A DNA stretch of 64,000 nt, taken from NCBI GenBank assembly GCA_038065095.1, contig JBBTRR010000001.1:29652-93651 (forward strand), given 5' to 3'. Source of the DNA: Patescibacteria group bacterium. GTDB taxonomy: Bacteria; Patescibacteriota; Minisyncoccia; JACQLN01. Below, in pieces: positions 1 through 8,484 of this stretch. The stretch's first letter is position 1. Every line of letters starts with the position of its first letter. The notes under the pieces were generated by a model. The model was not told the origin of the DNA and did not search any database. It saw only the letters and a list, made by a program, of their open reading frames with translations. The position numbers were made by a program, and so were the translations under genes.

Positions 1-1205
1 TTATTGGCGTAACAGGAACAAATGGTAAATCTACAGTCGTTCAATTACTTCACGAAATTTTTACAAATTTTGGTTTAAATGTAGCTTCAACTTCCACTAT
101 AAGATTCCGTATTAAAGATAAATACGAAGACAATAAGCTTAAAATGACTATGCCGGGGCGTTTTGCTTTGCAAGATTTTTTGCGAAAAGCGGCCAACGCC
201 GGTTGCCAATACGCAATTATAGAAGTTACTTCGGAGGGTTTAAAACAAAACCGCGCCGCGTTTATAAATTTTGATACTGCGGTTTTAACCAATGTTCGAC
301 CGGAACATATAGAAAGCCACGGCTCGTTCGAAAAATATAAAAAAGCTAAAGGCATACTTTTTGATTCTTTAAAGAAAAAAACTGTAGATAAATTTTTTGT
401 ACCTAAAAAGAATAAAAAGATAAGTGTAATAAATTTAGATGATCCCTCGGCTTATTATTACGCCAACTTTAGTGCAGATGAAAAAATAGGCTACGGTTTA
501 TTAAAAGAAAATATTCGCGCAGGTGTTAAAAATAATTTTATTCCAGAAAATATTAAGTTTTCGCCAAGTGGTGTGGAATTTAATTTAGAAGAAGAAAAAT
601 ACCAAAGCCCGCTTTTAGGTGACTTTAATTTATATAACACCCTGGCGGCTGTGGCGGTGGCTCGTGCTTACGAAATTCCACATAAACACATTAGAAAAGC
701 CATAGAAAGTTTTAAGGGTGCACTAGGCAGGTTAGAAATACTTCAGGAAAAGCCGTTTTTAGTGGTTATAGATTATGCTCATACACCCGATGCTTTAGAG
801 GCCGTGTACCGTGTGGCTAAATCTTTTTGGGTTAAAAACGGACATAAATTAATTGGTGTTTTAGGCGCGGCTGGCGGTGGGCGCGATAAATGGAAAAGAA
901 AAGAAATGGGTTCTATTGCCGAAAACTATTGCGACACTATATTTTTAACCGATGAAGACCCTTATACCGAAGACCCAGAAAAAATAGTAGCCGAAGTCGC
1001 AAAGGGAATTAAACATAAAGAATATAGAAAAATTATGGACAGGCGCTTAGCCATACGCGAAGCCTTAGAATCAGCTAAACATGACGATGTTGTTTTAATA
1101 ACAGGTAAAGGTGCCGAAAAAACCATGATGACCAAGTTTGGTGCTATGGATTGGGATGAAAAAGCTATAGTTTTAGAGGAGATAGAGAAGTTGGGTAAAA
1201 AATGA
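1..1205 (+). CDS. murE: Mur ligase (MurE-like UDP-N-acetylmuramoyl-tripeptide synthetase), 5' end cut by window edge
   Basis: Frame-3 ORF open from nt 3. P-loop IGVTGTNGKST at nt 3-35. DYAHTPDALEAV and Mur ligase C-terminal domain. TGA stop at 1203-1205. Confidence 0.8.
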   Translation, partial: IGVTGTNGKSTVVQLLHEIFTNFGLNVASTSTIRFRIKDKYEDNKLKMTMPGRFALQDFLRKAANAGCQYAIIEVTSEGLKQNRAAFINFDTAVLTNVRPEHIESHGSFEKYKKAKGILFDSLKKKTVDKFFVPKKNKKISVINLDDPSAYYYANFSADEKIGYGLLKENIRAGVKNNFIPENIKFSPSGVEFNLEEEKYQSPLLGDFNLYNTLAAVAVARAYEIPHKHIRKAIESFKGALGRLEILQEKPFLVVIDYAHTPDALEAVYRVAKSFWVKNGHKLIGVLGAAGGGRDKWKRKEMGSIAENYCDTIFLTDEDPYTEDPEKIVAEVAKGIKHKEYRKIMDRRLAIREALESAKHDDVVLITGKGAEKTMMTKFGAMDWDEKAIVLEEIEKLGKK

Positions 1206-1218
1206 TAAAGTTAAACCA

Positions 1219-1695
1219 ATGAACCAAAAAGGATTTATTAAAGATGTTGTTATCATCGTTCTTGCGATTCTACTGCTAGGCGGTGGGTATTTTTATTTTT
1301 CCAGAAAACCAGCTTACGCTCCGGCGGAGAATACAAATTCCGTTGTTGCTGGTGTAAAAATATACGAAGTTCCAGAGCTTGCGGTGGAATTTGTTTTGCC
1401 GGAAGCATTTATGGATTTAACGCATAAGGTTATTAAATTGTCTGGTGACCAAGCTGTAAACTCTGTAGCGTTTTCCAGTAAACGATTAGAATTTGGTGGT
1501 TGTGGCCTAGAGACGGCTCCTTTGGGATATTTGACCTATGACAATGACAAAGGCGGTACACTTGTCGGGCACGCAAAGTATGATAACGACAAACTCTATT
1601 ACATAAAACCCGATGGACAGTGTAAAGCTGATATCTCGTTGCAAGATTGGCAGATGCTTGAAGATGCTTTGAAATCTCTTACTGCTGATTTTTAG
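1219..1695 (+). CDS. hypothetical signal-anchored protein, paralog A
   Basis: N-terminal TM helix. First ~31 aa and ~110 nt including the upstream RBS region are nearly identical to the ORF at 2392. Confidence 0.5.
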   Translation: MNQKGFIKDVVIIVLAILLLGGGYFYFSRKPAYAPAENTNSVVAGVKIYEVPELAVEFVLPEAFMDLTHKVIKLSGDQAVNSVAFSSKRLEFGGCGLETAPLGYLTYDNDKGGTLVGHAKYDNDKLYYIKPDGQCKADISLQDWQMLEDALKSLTADF

Positions 1696-1725
1696 AAATA
1701 GGTTTAATAAGTTATACTCAATTGT

Positions 1726-2088
1726 ATGAACAAAGCTCAACAAATAACCTCATTTAGAGCTGTTTTACCTACCCGTGTAATTGTTAATGTTGAAAATACA
1801 GGTGATGGTCTTTGGGCTAAAGTATCTACACCAGATGGCAGGCTTTCCAATTGCTATACTCAAGCTACTAATGCAGTTGAGCTGGTTGTAATGATAAACG
1901 ATGCAATATTTACTCACTTCGAAATCCCAGTAAATTTAAGGAAGAGTATTGGTTTTTATGTTCCGCTTTCTAACGAACATCTTCGTATAGAGGAAATGTT
2001 TAATAAGCTTGTTTCAATGGATAAACAGTTGGATATAAAAGGAGATAGTAAAACGACATTAGTTTTTCGGGAGGAGATAACTTGTTAG
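1726..2088 (+). CDS. hicB: HicB-like antitoxin (RNase H-like fold, UPF0150 family)
   Basis: N-terminal pattern ENTGDGLWAKVSTPDG...C.TQATNAVELVVMINDAI matches the HicB N-terminal domain. It sits 9 nt upstream of the HicA-like ORF. Confidence 0.5.
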   Translation: MNKAQQITSFRAVLPTRVIVNVENTGDGLWAKVSTPDGRLSNCYTQATNAVELVVMINDAIFTHFEIPVNLRKSIGFYVPLSNEHLRIEEMFNKLVSMDKQLDIKGDSKTTLVFREEITC

Positions 2089-2097
2089 CAATATTTT

Positions 2098-2364
2098 ATG
2101 GCGAAACCGAAGGGTGATAAACCTAAGTTAGTCGCATGTACTCCCGAAGATGTTTTTGGAGCAATAAAAAAACTTGGAGGTTTCAAAATACTTTTTGAAA
2201 GTGCTAAACATACCAAGTTAGTGCATATAAAAACTGGTCAGGCTTTCACCATTCCACGCCATTCCCCAGTAAATAAACATATGTTTAGGGATTTTGTTGA
2301 GAAATTCTTGGTTGGAGTATGTAAATTGGACGAAAAGGAAATTTATAAACACTTGTGGTGCTAG
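2098..2364 (+). CDS. hicA: HicA-like mRNA interferase toxin (YcfA family)
   Basis: GFKILFESAKHTKLVHIKTGQAFTIPRHS...VNKHMFRDFVEKF aligns with HicA GW.LVRQKGSHHIFRHP....TVP.H.KDL..GTLRSILKQ. Confidence 0.6.
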   Translation: MAKPKGDKPKLVACTPEDVFGAIKKLGGFKILFESAKHTKLVHIKTGQAFTIPRHSPVNKHMFRDFVEKFLVGVCKLDEKEIYKHLWC

Positions 2365-2391
2365 ATATTTAGTAAAAATAAAATAAAAACT

Positions 2392-2979
2392 ATGAACCAA
2401 AAAGGATTTATTAAAGATGTTGTTATAATCGTATTAGCGATTTTGTTATTAGGCGGCGGGTATTTTTATTTATCTAAAAAACCAGCGTATGTTCCAGAGG
2501 AAATGACGAATAAAGATGTATCAGCTGAAATAAGTTATAAGAATGAAAAGTACGGTTTTGAGTTGGTTTTACCAAATGGATATAAGGGTTATGATGTTTC
2601 GGAAACAAATCAGGTTGAATATTATGGATTAGACAGTAAGAGTTTAGATTTTAATGTAGATTCAAGCGGTACAACTTGGCCGTATGGTCGTTTTTCTGTG
2701 TTTATTATTGCAATCTATCCTTTAGATTGGTGGAATAAAAATGCGTTCGTTGATACCGCAGATAATACAACATATAAGAAAGAAGCAGATCAAAATGCCA
2801 GTAATTACCTAGGGCTTTTCCTTGGTAAAAACGAAAAGTATGTGTTTACTTGGTTTAGAGGGCAGGATTGCCCGCGAAAGTTAGGCACAGATGAATATAC
2901 AGATCGTGTAGATACAATTCAATGCAAACTTTTTACGACAAGTGAAGATGTATTAAAAACCTTTAAAATTATAAAATAA
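2392..2979 (+). CDS. hypothetical signal-anchored protein, paralog B
   Basis: Same N-terminus as the ORF at 1219 (MNQKGFIKDVVIIVLAILLLGGGYFY). Divergent C-terminal domain. Confidence 0.5.
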   Translation: MNQKGFIKDVVIIVLAILLLGGGYFYLSKKPAYVPEEMTNKDVSAEISYKNEKYGFELVLPNGYKGYDVSETNQVEYYGLDSKSLDFNVDSSGTTWPYGRFSVFIIAIYPLDWWNKNAFVDTADNTTYKKEADQNASNYLGLFLGKNEKYVFTWFRGQDCPRKLGTDEYTDRVDTIQCKLFTTSEDVLKTFKIIK

Positions 2980-2980
2980 T

Positions 2981-3541
2981 ATGTCAAAAATAAAAGAAAT
3001 AATTTTAGCGTTAGCGATTGTGGTGGTGCTCAATTTGTTTTTTAATTATGGGGTTTTTACTTTTTATAAAGAACCCAAATTTGAAAACTTTTGTTCAGCC
3101 GAATTAACTCAAAAAGTTTATACCGAAAAAGCTTCGTGCGAAGCAGTGGGTGGGCAGTGGTATGAAAATAATAACGTAAGTGTTGATTATCAGGGCAGGC
3201 CAATGCCGGTAAAACCAGATCCACAATCTCAAATAAATCAAAAAGGCTGGTGTGATCCTACAGTAAAATGCCGAGAGAGTCATGATAAGGTTTTAGGCGT
3301 ATATAACAGAAATGTTTTTATAGTTTTAATTATTTTAGGCTTGATATCTTTAGGTTTGGGATTACTTGTTATAAGTGCTTCGGCTGTGTCTAATGGGTTT
3401 TTGGGTGGTGGTCTGCTGTCTTTAATTGTTGGAACGGTAAGGTACTGGTCCGATATGAACGAGTATTTAAGGTTTATAGTTTTGGGTATTGCACTTGCAA
3501 TGTTGATTTGGTTGGGATATAAAAAATTTAACTCCAAATAG
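2981..3541 (+). CDS. hypothetical membrane protein
   Basis: ORF with N-terminal and C-terminal TM segments. No recognisable family. Confidence 0.4.
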   Translation: MSKIKEIILALAIVVVLNLFFNYGVFTFYKEPKFENFCSAELTQKVYTEKASCEAVGGQWYENNNVSVDYQGRPMPVKPDPQSQINQKGWCDPTVKCRESHDKVLGVYNRNVFIVLIILGLISLGLGLLVISASAVSNGFLGGGLLSLIVGTVRYWSDMNEYLRFIVLGIALAMLIWLGYKKFNSK

Positions 3542-3554
3542 ATTAGAGTAAACA

Positions 3555-3637
3555 AAACATCATTCCTCGCAGACGACACGGAGGCCTCTCAATTGTAGAA
3601 TCGGTCATCTCCGTGATGCTGTTCGGAATGATGTTTT
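3555..3637 (+). repeat. hairpin repeat HR, subtype 1, copy 1
   Basis: AAAACATCATTCCTCGCAGACGACACGGAGGCCTCTCAATTGTAGAATCGGTCATCTCCGTGATGCTGTTCGGAATGATGTTTT. The flanks are inverted repeats around a conserved core, followed by a T-run. It lies 14 nt after a stop codon. Confidence 0.75.
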
Positions 3638-3655
3638 TTTCTTGAGTTAAAGGTT

Positions 3656-4474
3656 TTGATTTGTTATCCTCTTTACATGAATAAAATAGTTTTTGATGTA
3701 GAAACTCAAAAGGAACTGGCCGAAGTTGGTGGTTTTAGAAATGTTCATTTGTTGGGTATTTCTGTGGTTGGTGTTTACACTTATGCCGACGATACCTACA
3801 AAGCCTACGAAGAAAAAGAACTTCCCGAACTAGAAAAAGTAATGGCAGATGCCAGCTTAATAATTGGTTTTAATACCAAACATTTCGATAACCAAGTTAT
3901 ACAACCTTATTTTAAAAACTTTACCATAGCCGAAGCACCCACATTAGATTTAATGGAAAAACTGGAAGCGGTTTTGGGTTACAGGCCAGGCTTGGGAGCA
4001 CTTGCTAGTGCAACGTTGGGTGAACAGAAATCTGGGCATGGTTTAGAAGCTTTACAGTGGTACAAGGAAGGCAAGATAGATCAAATTAAAAAATATTGTT
4101 TGCAAGATGTTAAGTTAACTAAAGAAGTTTACGAATATGGTTTAAACCATGGTTCGGTGCTTTTTGAATCGCGTGTAAGTGGATTGCAAACTGTAGTGGC
4201 TAATTGGTTTAATGATAAAGAAAAAAAAGATATTCAAGCAGTTTTAGCTGACGCTTTTAAAAATAAAAAATTGGTAGAAATTGATTATGTTTCTATGAAA
4301 TCGGAAGATGGCGAAGAAGCTCGCAAGAAAAGAAACATAGAAATTTATTCTATAAACAAAGATACTGTAGAAGCTTATTGCCATACTCGCAAGGATAAGC
4401 GCTATTTTAAAGTTCATAGAATTTTAGATGCTAAGGTTATAGACGAAGAGCATAAAATTCCTAGTCTTTTTTAA
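3656..4474 (+). CDS. DEDD-type 3'-5' exonuclease (RNase H-like superfamily)
   Basis: Exo motifs FDVET, FN..FD and YCLQD (Y-x3-D). Confidence 0.5.
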   Translation: MICYPLYMNKIVFDVETQKELAEVGGFRNVHLLGISVVGVYTYADDTYKAYEEKELPELEKVMADASLIIGFNTKHFDNQVIQPYFKNFTIAEAPTLDLMEKLEAVLGYRPGLGALASATLGEQKSGHGLEALQWYKEGKIDQIKKYCLQDVKLTKEVYEYGLNHGSVLFESRVSGLQTVVANWFNDKEKKDIQAVLADAFKNKKLVEIDYVSMKSEDGEEARKKRNIEIYSINKDTVEAYCHTRKDKRYFKVHRILDAKVIDEEHKIPSLF

Positions 4475-4482
4475 GGACTTAC

Positions 4483-4511
4483 CCCGACGCAAGGTCGGGG
4501 TGCTCATTTTG
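4483..4511 (+). terminator. intrinsic terminator
   Basis: CCCCGAC-GCAAG-GTCGGGG hairpin followed by TGCTCATTTTG. Confidence 0.6.
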
Positions 4512-4557
4512 TAACTGCTTGTAAATTCGCAGACAAAATGGCATATTACTAAAACTG

Positions 4558-5052
4558 ATGATAGATAATAAATTCAATAGCCCATCTAAAGGCATTATGC
4601 TGGTAGATGAAGTAATTCGTGATGTTTACGATTACTTGCACGAAAGTGCTAAGCATAAATACCAAGTTATAGTTGGTACCGATTCTCAAGTTTATATAGA
4701 CCGCACAGATTTTGTGACGGCTGTTGTGGTACGCCGAGTTGGCGCGGGTGGCCGATATTTTTGGGCACGCCAAGAACATAAAAATTTTAAAACATTACGT
4801 GAAAGAATTTATACCGAAACTTTAAAATCTTTAAGCGTAGCCGAAGTTGTTTATAAAAATTTATTTGAATCTTTAAAGAAAGAAAATTTGTTAGATAATT
4901 TTAATTTCGAAATCCATGTGGATGTTGGCGAAAATGGTGCTACGCGCGAAATGATAAAAGAGGTAGTAGGTATGGTTAGGGGCAATGGTTACGAAGTAAA
5001 AACAAAGCCGATGTCTTTTGGGGCTTTTGTAGTTGCTGATCGTCACACATAA
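4558..5052 (+). CDS. RNase H-like YkuK/DUF458-family protein (tentative)
   Basis: VIVGTDSQ-type motif and the size fit DUF458. Weak recall only. Confidence 0.3.
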   Translation: MIDNKFNSPSKGIMLVDEVIRDVYDYLHESAKHKYQVIVGTDSQVYIDRTDFVTAVVVRRVGAGGRYFWARQEHKNFKTLRERIYTETLKSLSVAEVVYKNLFESLKKENLLDNFNFEIHVDVGENGATREMIKEVVGMVRGNGYEVKTKPMSFGAFVVADRHT

Positions 5053-5206
5053 ATTTTTTCGCTTTACTCTAAAATTTAGAGTAGTTAGTAATTTGTATTT
5101 AGTAGTTAGGGCAAGGAAGAGTTATTTAAAGAGGAAAAATTTTCCTAAATACTAATTACTCACACTAAGTACTTCTTAATTACTCGCCCTGATCTATTCT
5201 ATTTTT

Positions 5207-5557
5207 ATGTTTGATTTTGAAAAACTTTCTGTTTATTATAAGACAAAATTATTAAACAAAGATATACTTTTTTTACTTAGGAGTAATAAACAGATTGACT
5301 CTTACTTAAGAGATCAATTAAAAAGAGCATCAATAAGCTCGGTAATAAACATAGCTGAAGGCAGTGGTAAATTTTCCAAGGCAGATAAGCGTAATTTTTA
5401 TACTATAGCTCGGGGTTCTGTTTATGAATGCGTTTCACTTCTGGAGTTAATAAGAGATGATGGACATATAAGCAAAGAAGTATTTAGTGGTTTTTATGAG
5501 GATTATACAGAAATTTCTAAGATGCTTTTAGGTTTAATAAATAGCCAAAGAATATAG
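5207..5557 (+). CDS. four-helix-bundle protein (23S rRNA IVS protein / Avd-like family)
   Basis: LKRASISSVINIAEGSGKFSKADKRNFYTIARGSVYECVSLLELI matches the family core RAA.SI..NIAEG..R.S.KE...FL.IA.GS..E. Confidence 0.7.
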   Translation: MFDFEKLSVYYKTKLLNKDILFLLRSNKQIDSYLRDQLKRASISSVINIAEGSGKFSKADKRNFYTIARGSVYECVSLLELIRDDGHISKEVFSGFYEDYTEISKMLLGLINSQRI

Positions 5558-5593
5558 TCAAAAAGGCTGTTTTTTGGTAGGTTAATTTATCCC

Positions 5594-5621
5594 TTGACAA
5601 GAACTATAAATGGTGTATAAT
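5594..5621 (+). promoter_or_regulatory. sigma70-type promoter, TTGACA - 16 nt - TATAAT
   Basis: TTGACA at 5594-5599 and TATAAT at 5616-5621. It drives the downstream noncoding GC-rich region. Confidence 0.6.
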
Positions 5622-5627
5622 GAGTAT

Positions 5628-6046
5628 ATTCAGTAAAAGACAGCACCTTACTCCCTTGGGGGAGGTTAATGGAAATATATAGTTGTTCTGATAAAAAGTA
5701 CTTAAATAAGAGCATGATGCTCTTGTAAAATTTACGGAAGGGATTCCCAACGTAGTAATACGTCGGAGGGGACGTATGGCACAGTGTGAAGTAGTTGACA
5801 TGACCATGCCTGGGTTTTTCTCTAGTGAGGATTTCACGGCAGCCAAAATACTGCTTTCAAGCAGGACGGTGGTTGAGGGAACATGCTTCATGCCAGGACG
5901 CTCTGGCGATACACGCCACGAGACCATCGGCCTGAACCACGGCACCCAGAAGTTCATCACCCAGTTGCTTGGGTGGGGGAAGTGACGGAAATACGCAGTA
6001 CCTTGGCTGGAGTGGAAACACTCCGGCCTTTTTATTTTTGCTTCCT
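5628..6046 (+). ncRNA. unclassified GC-rich structured RNA candidate (~420 nt)
   Basis: A GC island in AT-rich DNA, bracketed by a consensus promoter and a GNRA-loop terminator. It holds multiple local hairpins (CTCCCTTGGGGGAG, AGAGCATGATGCTCT, ACGTCGGAGGGGACGT, CTGCTTTCAAGCAG) and only short shadow ORFs on both strands. Confidence 0.45.
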
Positions 6047-6048
6047 TT
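6014..6048 (+). terminator. intrinsic terminator
   Basis: GGC-GGAGTG-GAAA-CACTCC-GCC hairpin followed by TTTTTATTTTT. Confidence 0.65.
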
Positions 6049-6130
6049 TAAGGTGTAAATAATAAGCAAAAATATCCCAAGTGAGCAGAGCGACAAGGGA
6101 TTACCCTGATTTTTACGTTATAATCCACTC

Positions 6131-6760
6131 ATGTCCGAATTAGTTTTAGGTATAGATGAAGCCGGTAAGGGCTGTGTCATTGGTCCGCTGTTTTTAGGTG
6201 GGTTTTTAATTTCGGAAGAAGATTATTTAATAGATAAACTTAATAGTTTGGGTATTACCGACTCTAAATTGCTTGTGGCTAAAAAGCGTGAAAGTATCGC
6301 TAAAGAAATTAAAAAAATAGCCCACGGTTATAAAGTTATAAAAATTAGCCCTGCCGATATAGATAAATATTCTATAAATAATTTAGAAATTAAACATTCG
6401 GCTAATTTAATTAATCATTTTTCACCTCATCGAACATATTTGGACGCACCAGTTTCTGGTGCGGGTATTAAAAAATACTGTAATTCTATTAACCTGTTTT
6501 GCTTAAACAAGAACCATAAAATTATAGGTGCTAATAAAATGGATAGCCATAATCTTGCGGTGGCGGCCGCGTCTATTCTGGCTAAGTCGGAACGAGAAAA
6601 ATATGTTAAAATTCTAAAAAAGACTTATGGAGATTTTGGTTCGGGTTATCCATCGGATCCTAAAACTATAAGATGGTTGGCTAATTGGAAAAAAACCAAA
6701 GGTGAATGGCCACCAATTGTGCGCAGGAAATGGTCTACAATATCAAATATAAAAGATTAA
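6131..6760 (+). CDS. rnhB: ribonuclease HII
   Basis: LGIDEAGKGCVIGPLFLGG N-terminal catalytic motif. Size 209 aa. Confidence 0.85.
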   Translation: MSELVLGIDEAGKGCVIGPLFLGGFLISEEDYLIDKLNSLGITDSKLLVAKKRESIAKEIKKIAHGYKVIKISPADIDKYSINNLEIKHSANLINHFSPHRTYLDAPVSGAGIKKYCNSINLFCLNKNHKIIGANKMDSHNLAVAAASILAKSEREKYVKILKKTYGDFGSGYPSDPKTIRWLANWKKTKGEWPPIVRRKWSTISNIKD

Positions 6761-6829
6761 ATATCAAAATCATATATTAAAATTTTAATTTGTAATTTTT
6801 ATTTTTAAACTTTAATTTTTAATTATTTA

Positions 6830-8236
6830 ATGAAATTATATTTTTATGGTGGTGCTGGCGCGGTTACTGGTGCAAATTATTTATTAGAATGTGCCCATTC
6901 GACTGGTTCGACAGGCTCACAGCAAGCAGACTCAGGGCAAGCCGTCACCAGAATTTTAATTGATTGCGGTTTGCAACAAGGTGGGCGAATGGCCGAAAAA
7001 GAAAACTACGAAAAATTTGCCTACGACCCCTCAACCATAGATGCTGTTTTTATAACACACGCCCATTTGGATCATGTTGGTCGTATTCCTAAACTTTATA
7101 AAGAAGGCTTTAGAGGAAAGATTTTTAGCACACATGCTACACTAGATTTAGCTCGTGTTAATTTAGATGATTCTTTACACTTGTTAGAAAGAGAAGCCGA
7201 GGAAACTGGTTTAGAACCATTGTTTAACGAAAACGACTTAATTGAATCTTGGAAACTAACTCATGGCAAATCTTACAGCGAAGAAGTAAAAGTAAGTAAT
7301 AGTATTAGGGCTTTTTTTAAAGATGCTGGCCATATTTTAGGCTCGTCTATTATAGAATTTTATCTTTCGGAGGGTAGTCGCAAGATCAAAATAGTTTTTT
7401 CGGGTGATTTAGGAAATTCACCCACACCTCTTTTAAAAAATACAGAAGTTATAACCGAAGCCGATTATGTTTTGGTGGAGTCGGCTTATGGCGATAGAAT
7501 CCACGAAGATCGTTCTCAAAGAAAAGAAAAATTAAAAGCAGTAATTGAATCTGTTGTAAAAAATGGCGGAGTCTTAATGATTCCGGCTTTTGCTTTAGAA
7601 AGAACACAAGAATTACTTTTCGAACTGAATAATCTGGTGGAGTCTGGCCGAATAAAAAAAATACCGGTTTTTATAGATAGCCCTTTGGCTATAAAAGCCA
7701 CAGCAGTTTATCAAAAATATCCAGATTATTTTAACAAAGAAGTAAACTCTTTAATAAAATCTGGCGACGATCTTTTTAACTTTCCGGGTTTGCAGTTTTC
7801 TTTAACCACTGAATCTTCTAAAGCTATAAACAAAGTTTTGCCACCTAAAATTATAATTGCAGGTTCGGGTATGTCGGAGGGTGGGCGAATACTTCACCAC
7901 GAACGTCGTTATTTACCCGATCCAAAATCTGTTCTTTTAATGATTGGTTATCAAACATCTGGTACATTAGGACGCAGGCTCCTAGATGGTGTACAAGAAG
8001 TAAAAATGTTTAGAGAAATTGTTCCTGTAAGAGCTGTAGTGAAGGCTATTGGTGGTTATTCAGCTCATGCCGATCAAACCGGCCTTTTAAAGTGGGTGGG
8101 CGCAATTAAAGGCGTTAAAAAAGTTTTTGTAGTACAAGGCGAAGAAGGTCCGTCTTCTGTCTTAGCAGGAAAAATAAAAGAAAGTTTTGGTTTTGAATCG
8201 ATAGTTCCTGAAGCGGGGCAAGTAATTGAATTGTAG
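6830..8236 (+). CDS. MBL-fold beta-CASP ribonuclease (RNase J / CPSF-like)
   Basis: HAHLDHVG (HxHxDH), beta-CASP-like region, SAHAD motif. 468 aa. Confidence 0.7.
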   Translation: MKLYFYGGAGAVTGANYLLECAHSTGSTGSQQADSGQAVTRILIDCGLQQGGRMAEKENYEKFAYDPSTIDAVFITHAHLDHVGRIPKLYKEGFRGKIFSTHATLDLARVNLDDSLHLLEREAEETGLEPLFNENDLIESWKLTHGKSYSEEVKVSNSIRAFFKDAGHILGSSIIEFYLSEGSRKIKIVFSGDLGNSPTPLLKNTEVITEADYVLVESAYGDRIHEDRSQRKEKLKAVIESVVKNGGVLMIPAFALERTQELLFELNNLVESGRIKKIPVFIDSPLAIKATAVYQKYPDYFNKEVNSLIKSGDDLFNFPGLQFSLTTESSKAINKVLPPKIIIAGSGMSEGGRILHHERRYLPDPKSVLLMIGYQTSGTLGRRLLDGVQEVKMFREIVPVRAVVKAIGGYSAHADQTGLLKWVGAIKGVKKVFVVQGEEGPSSVLAGKIKESFGFESIVPEAGQVIEL

Positions 8237-8269
8237 TTTTTTAGTGTTTATTCATGATAAATTAAATAT

Positions 8270-8479
8270 ATGGAACAAACATTTTCAAAAAAGTGGCTTT
8301 ATATGGGTTTGGTTATTACTATCCTTAACCCAGTTTTCTCGGGTCTAATTTTAGGAGCGGTATATATAACCGAACCTGGGTTAAAAAAATATGGGCGTAT
8401 TATTTTACCAATCACTGTTATTTGGGGCGCAATAGCTTTTTGGCTTTCGGCAAAATATTTTCCTGTAAGACCTTTATAG
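8270..8479 (+). CDS. small hypothetical membrane protein
   Basis: 69-aa ORF with two hydrophobic segments. Confidence 0.3.
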   Translation: MEQTFSKKWLYMGLVITILNPVFSGLILGAVYITEPGLKKYGRIILPITVIWGAIAFWLSAKYFPVRPL

Positions 8480-8484
8480 AGAAC

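Noticed and set aside
5628-6046. Possible RNase P RNA, SRP RNA, 6S RNA or a second tmRNA.
   Set aside because: No GGAAAGUCCGG / ACAGAACCCGGCUUA-type P4 strands. No SRP domain-IV AGGUCAGG...GGAAGCAGC core. No tRNA-like 3' end.
5604-6096. ORFs of 118 aa (minus), 69 aa (plus) and 79 aa (minus) in the GC-rich region after the Avd-like gene.
   Set aside because: They overlap on both strands, have no RBS, and the region has a promoter-to-terminator ncRNA layout. Called as a structured RNA candidate instead.
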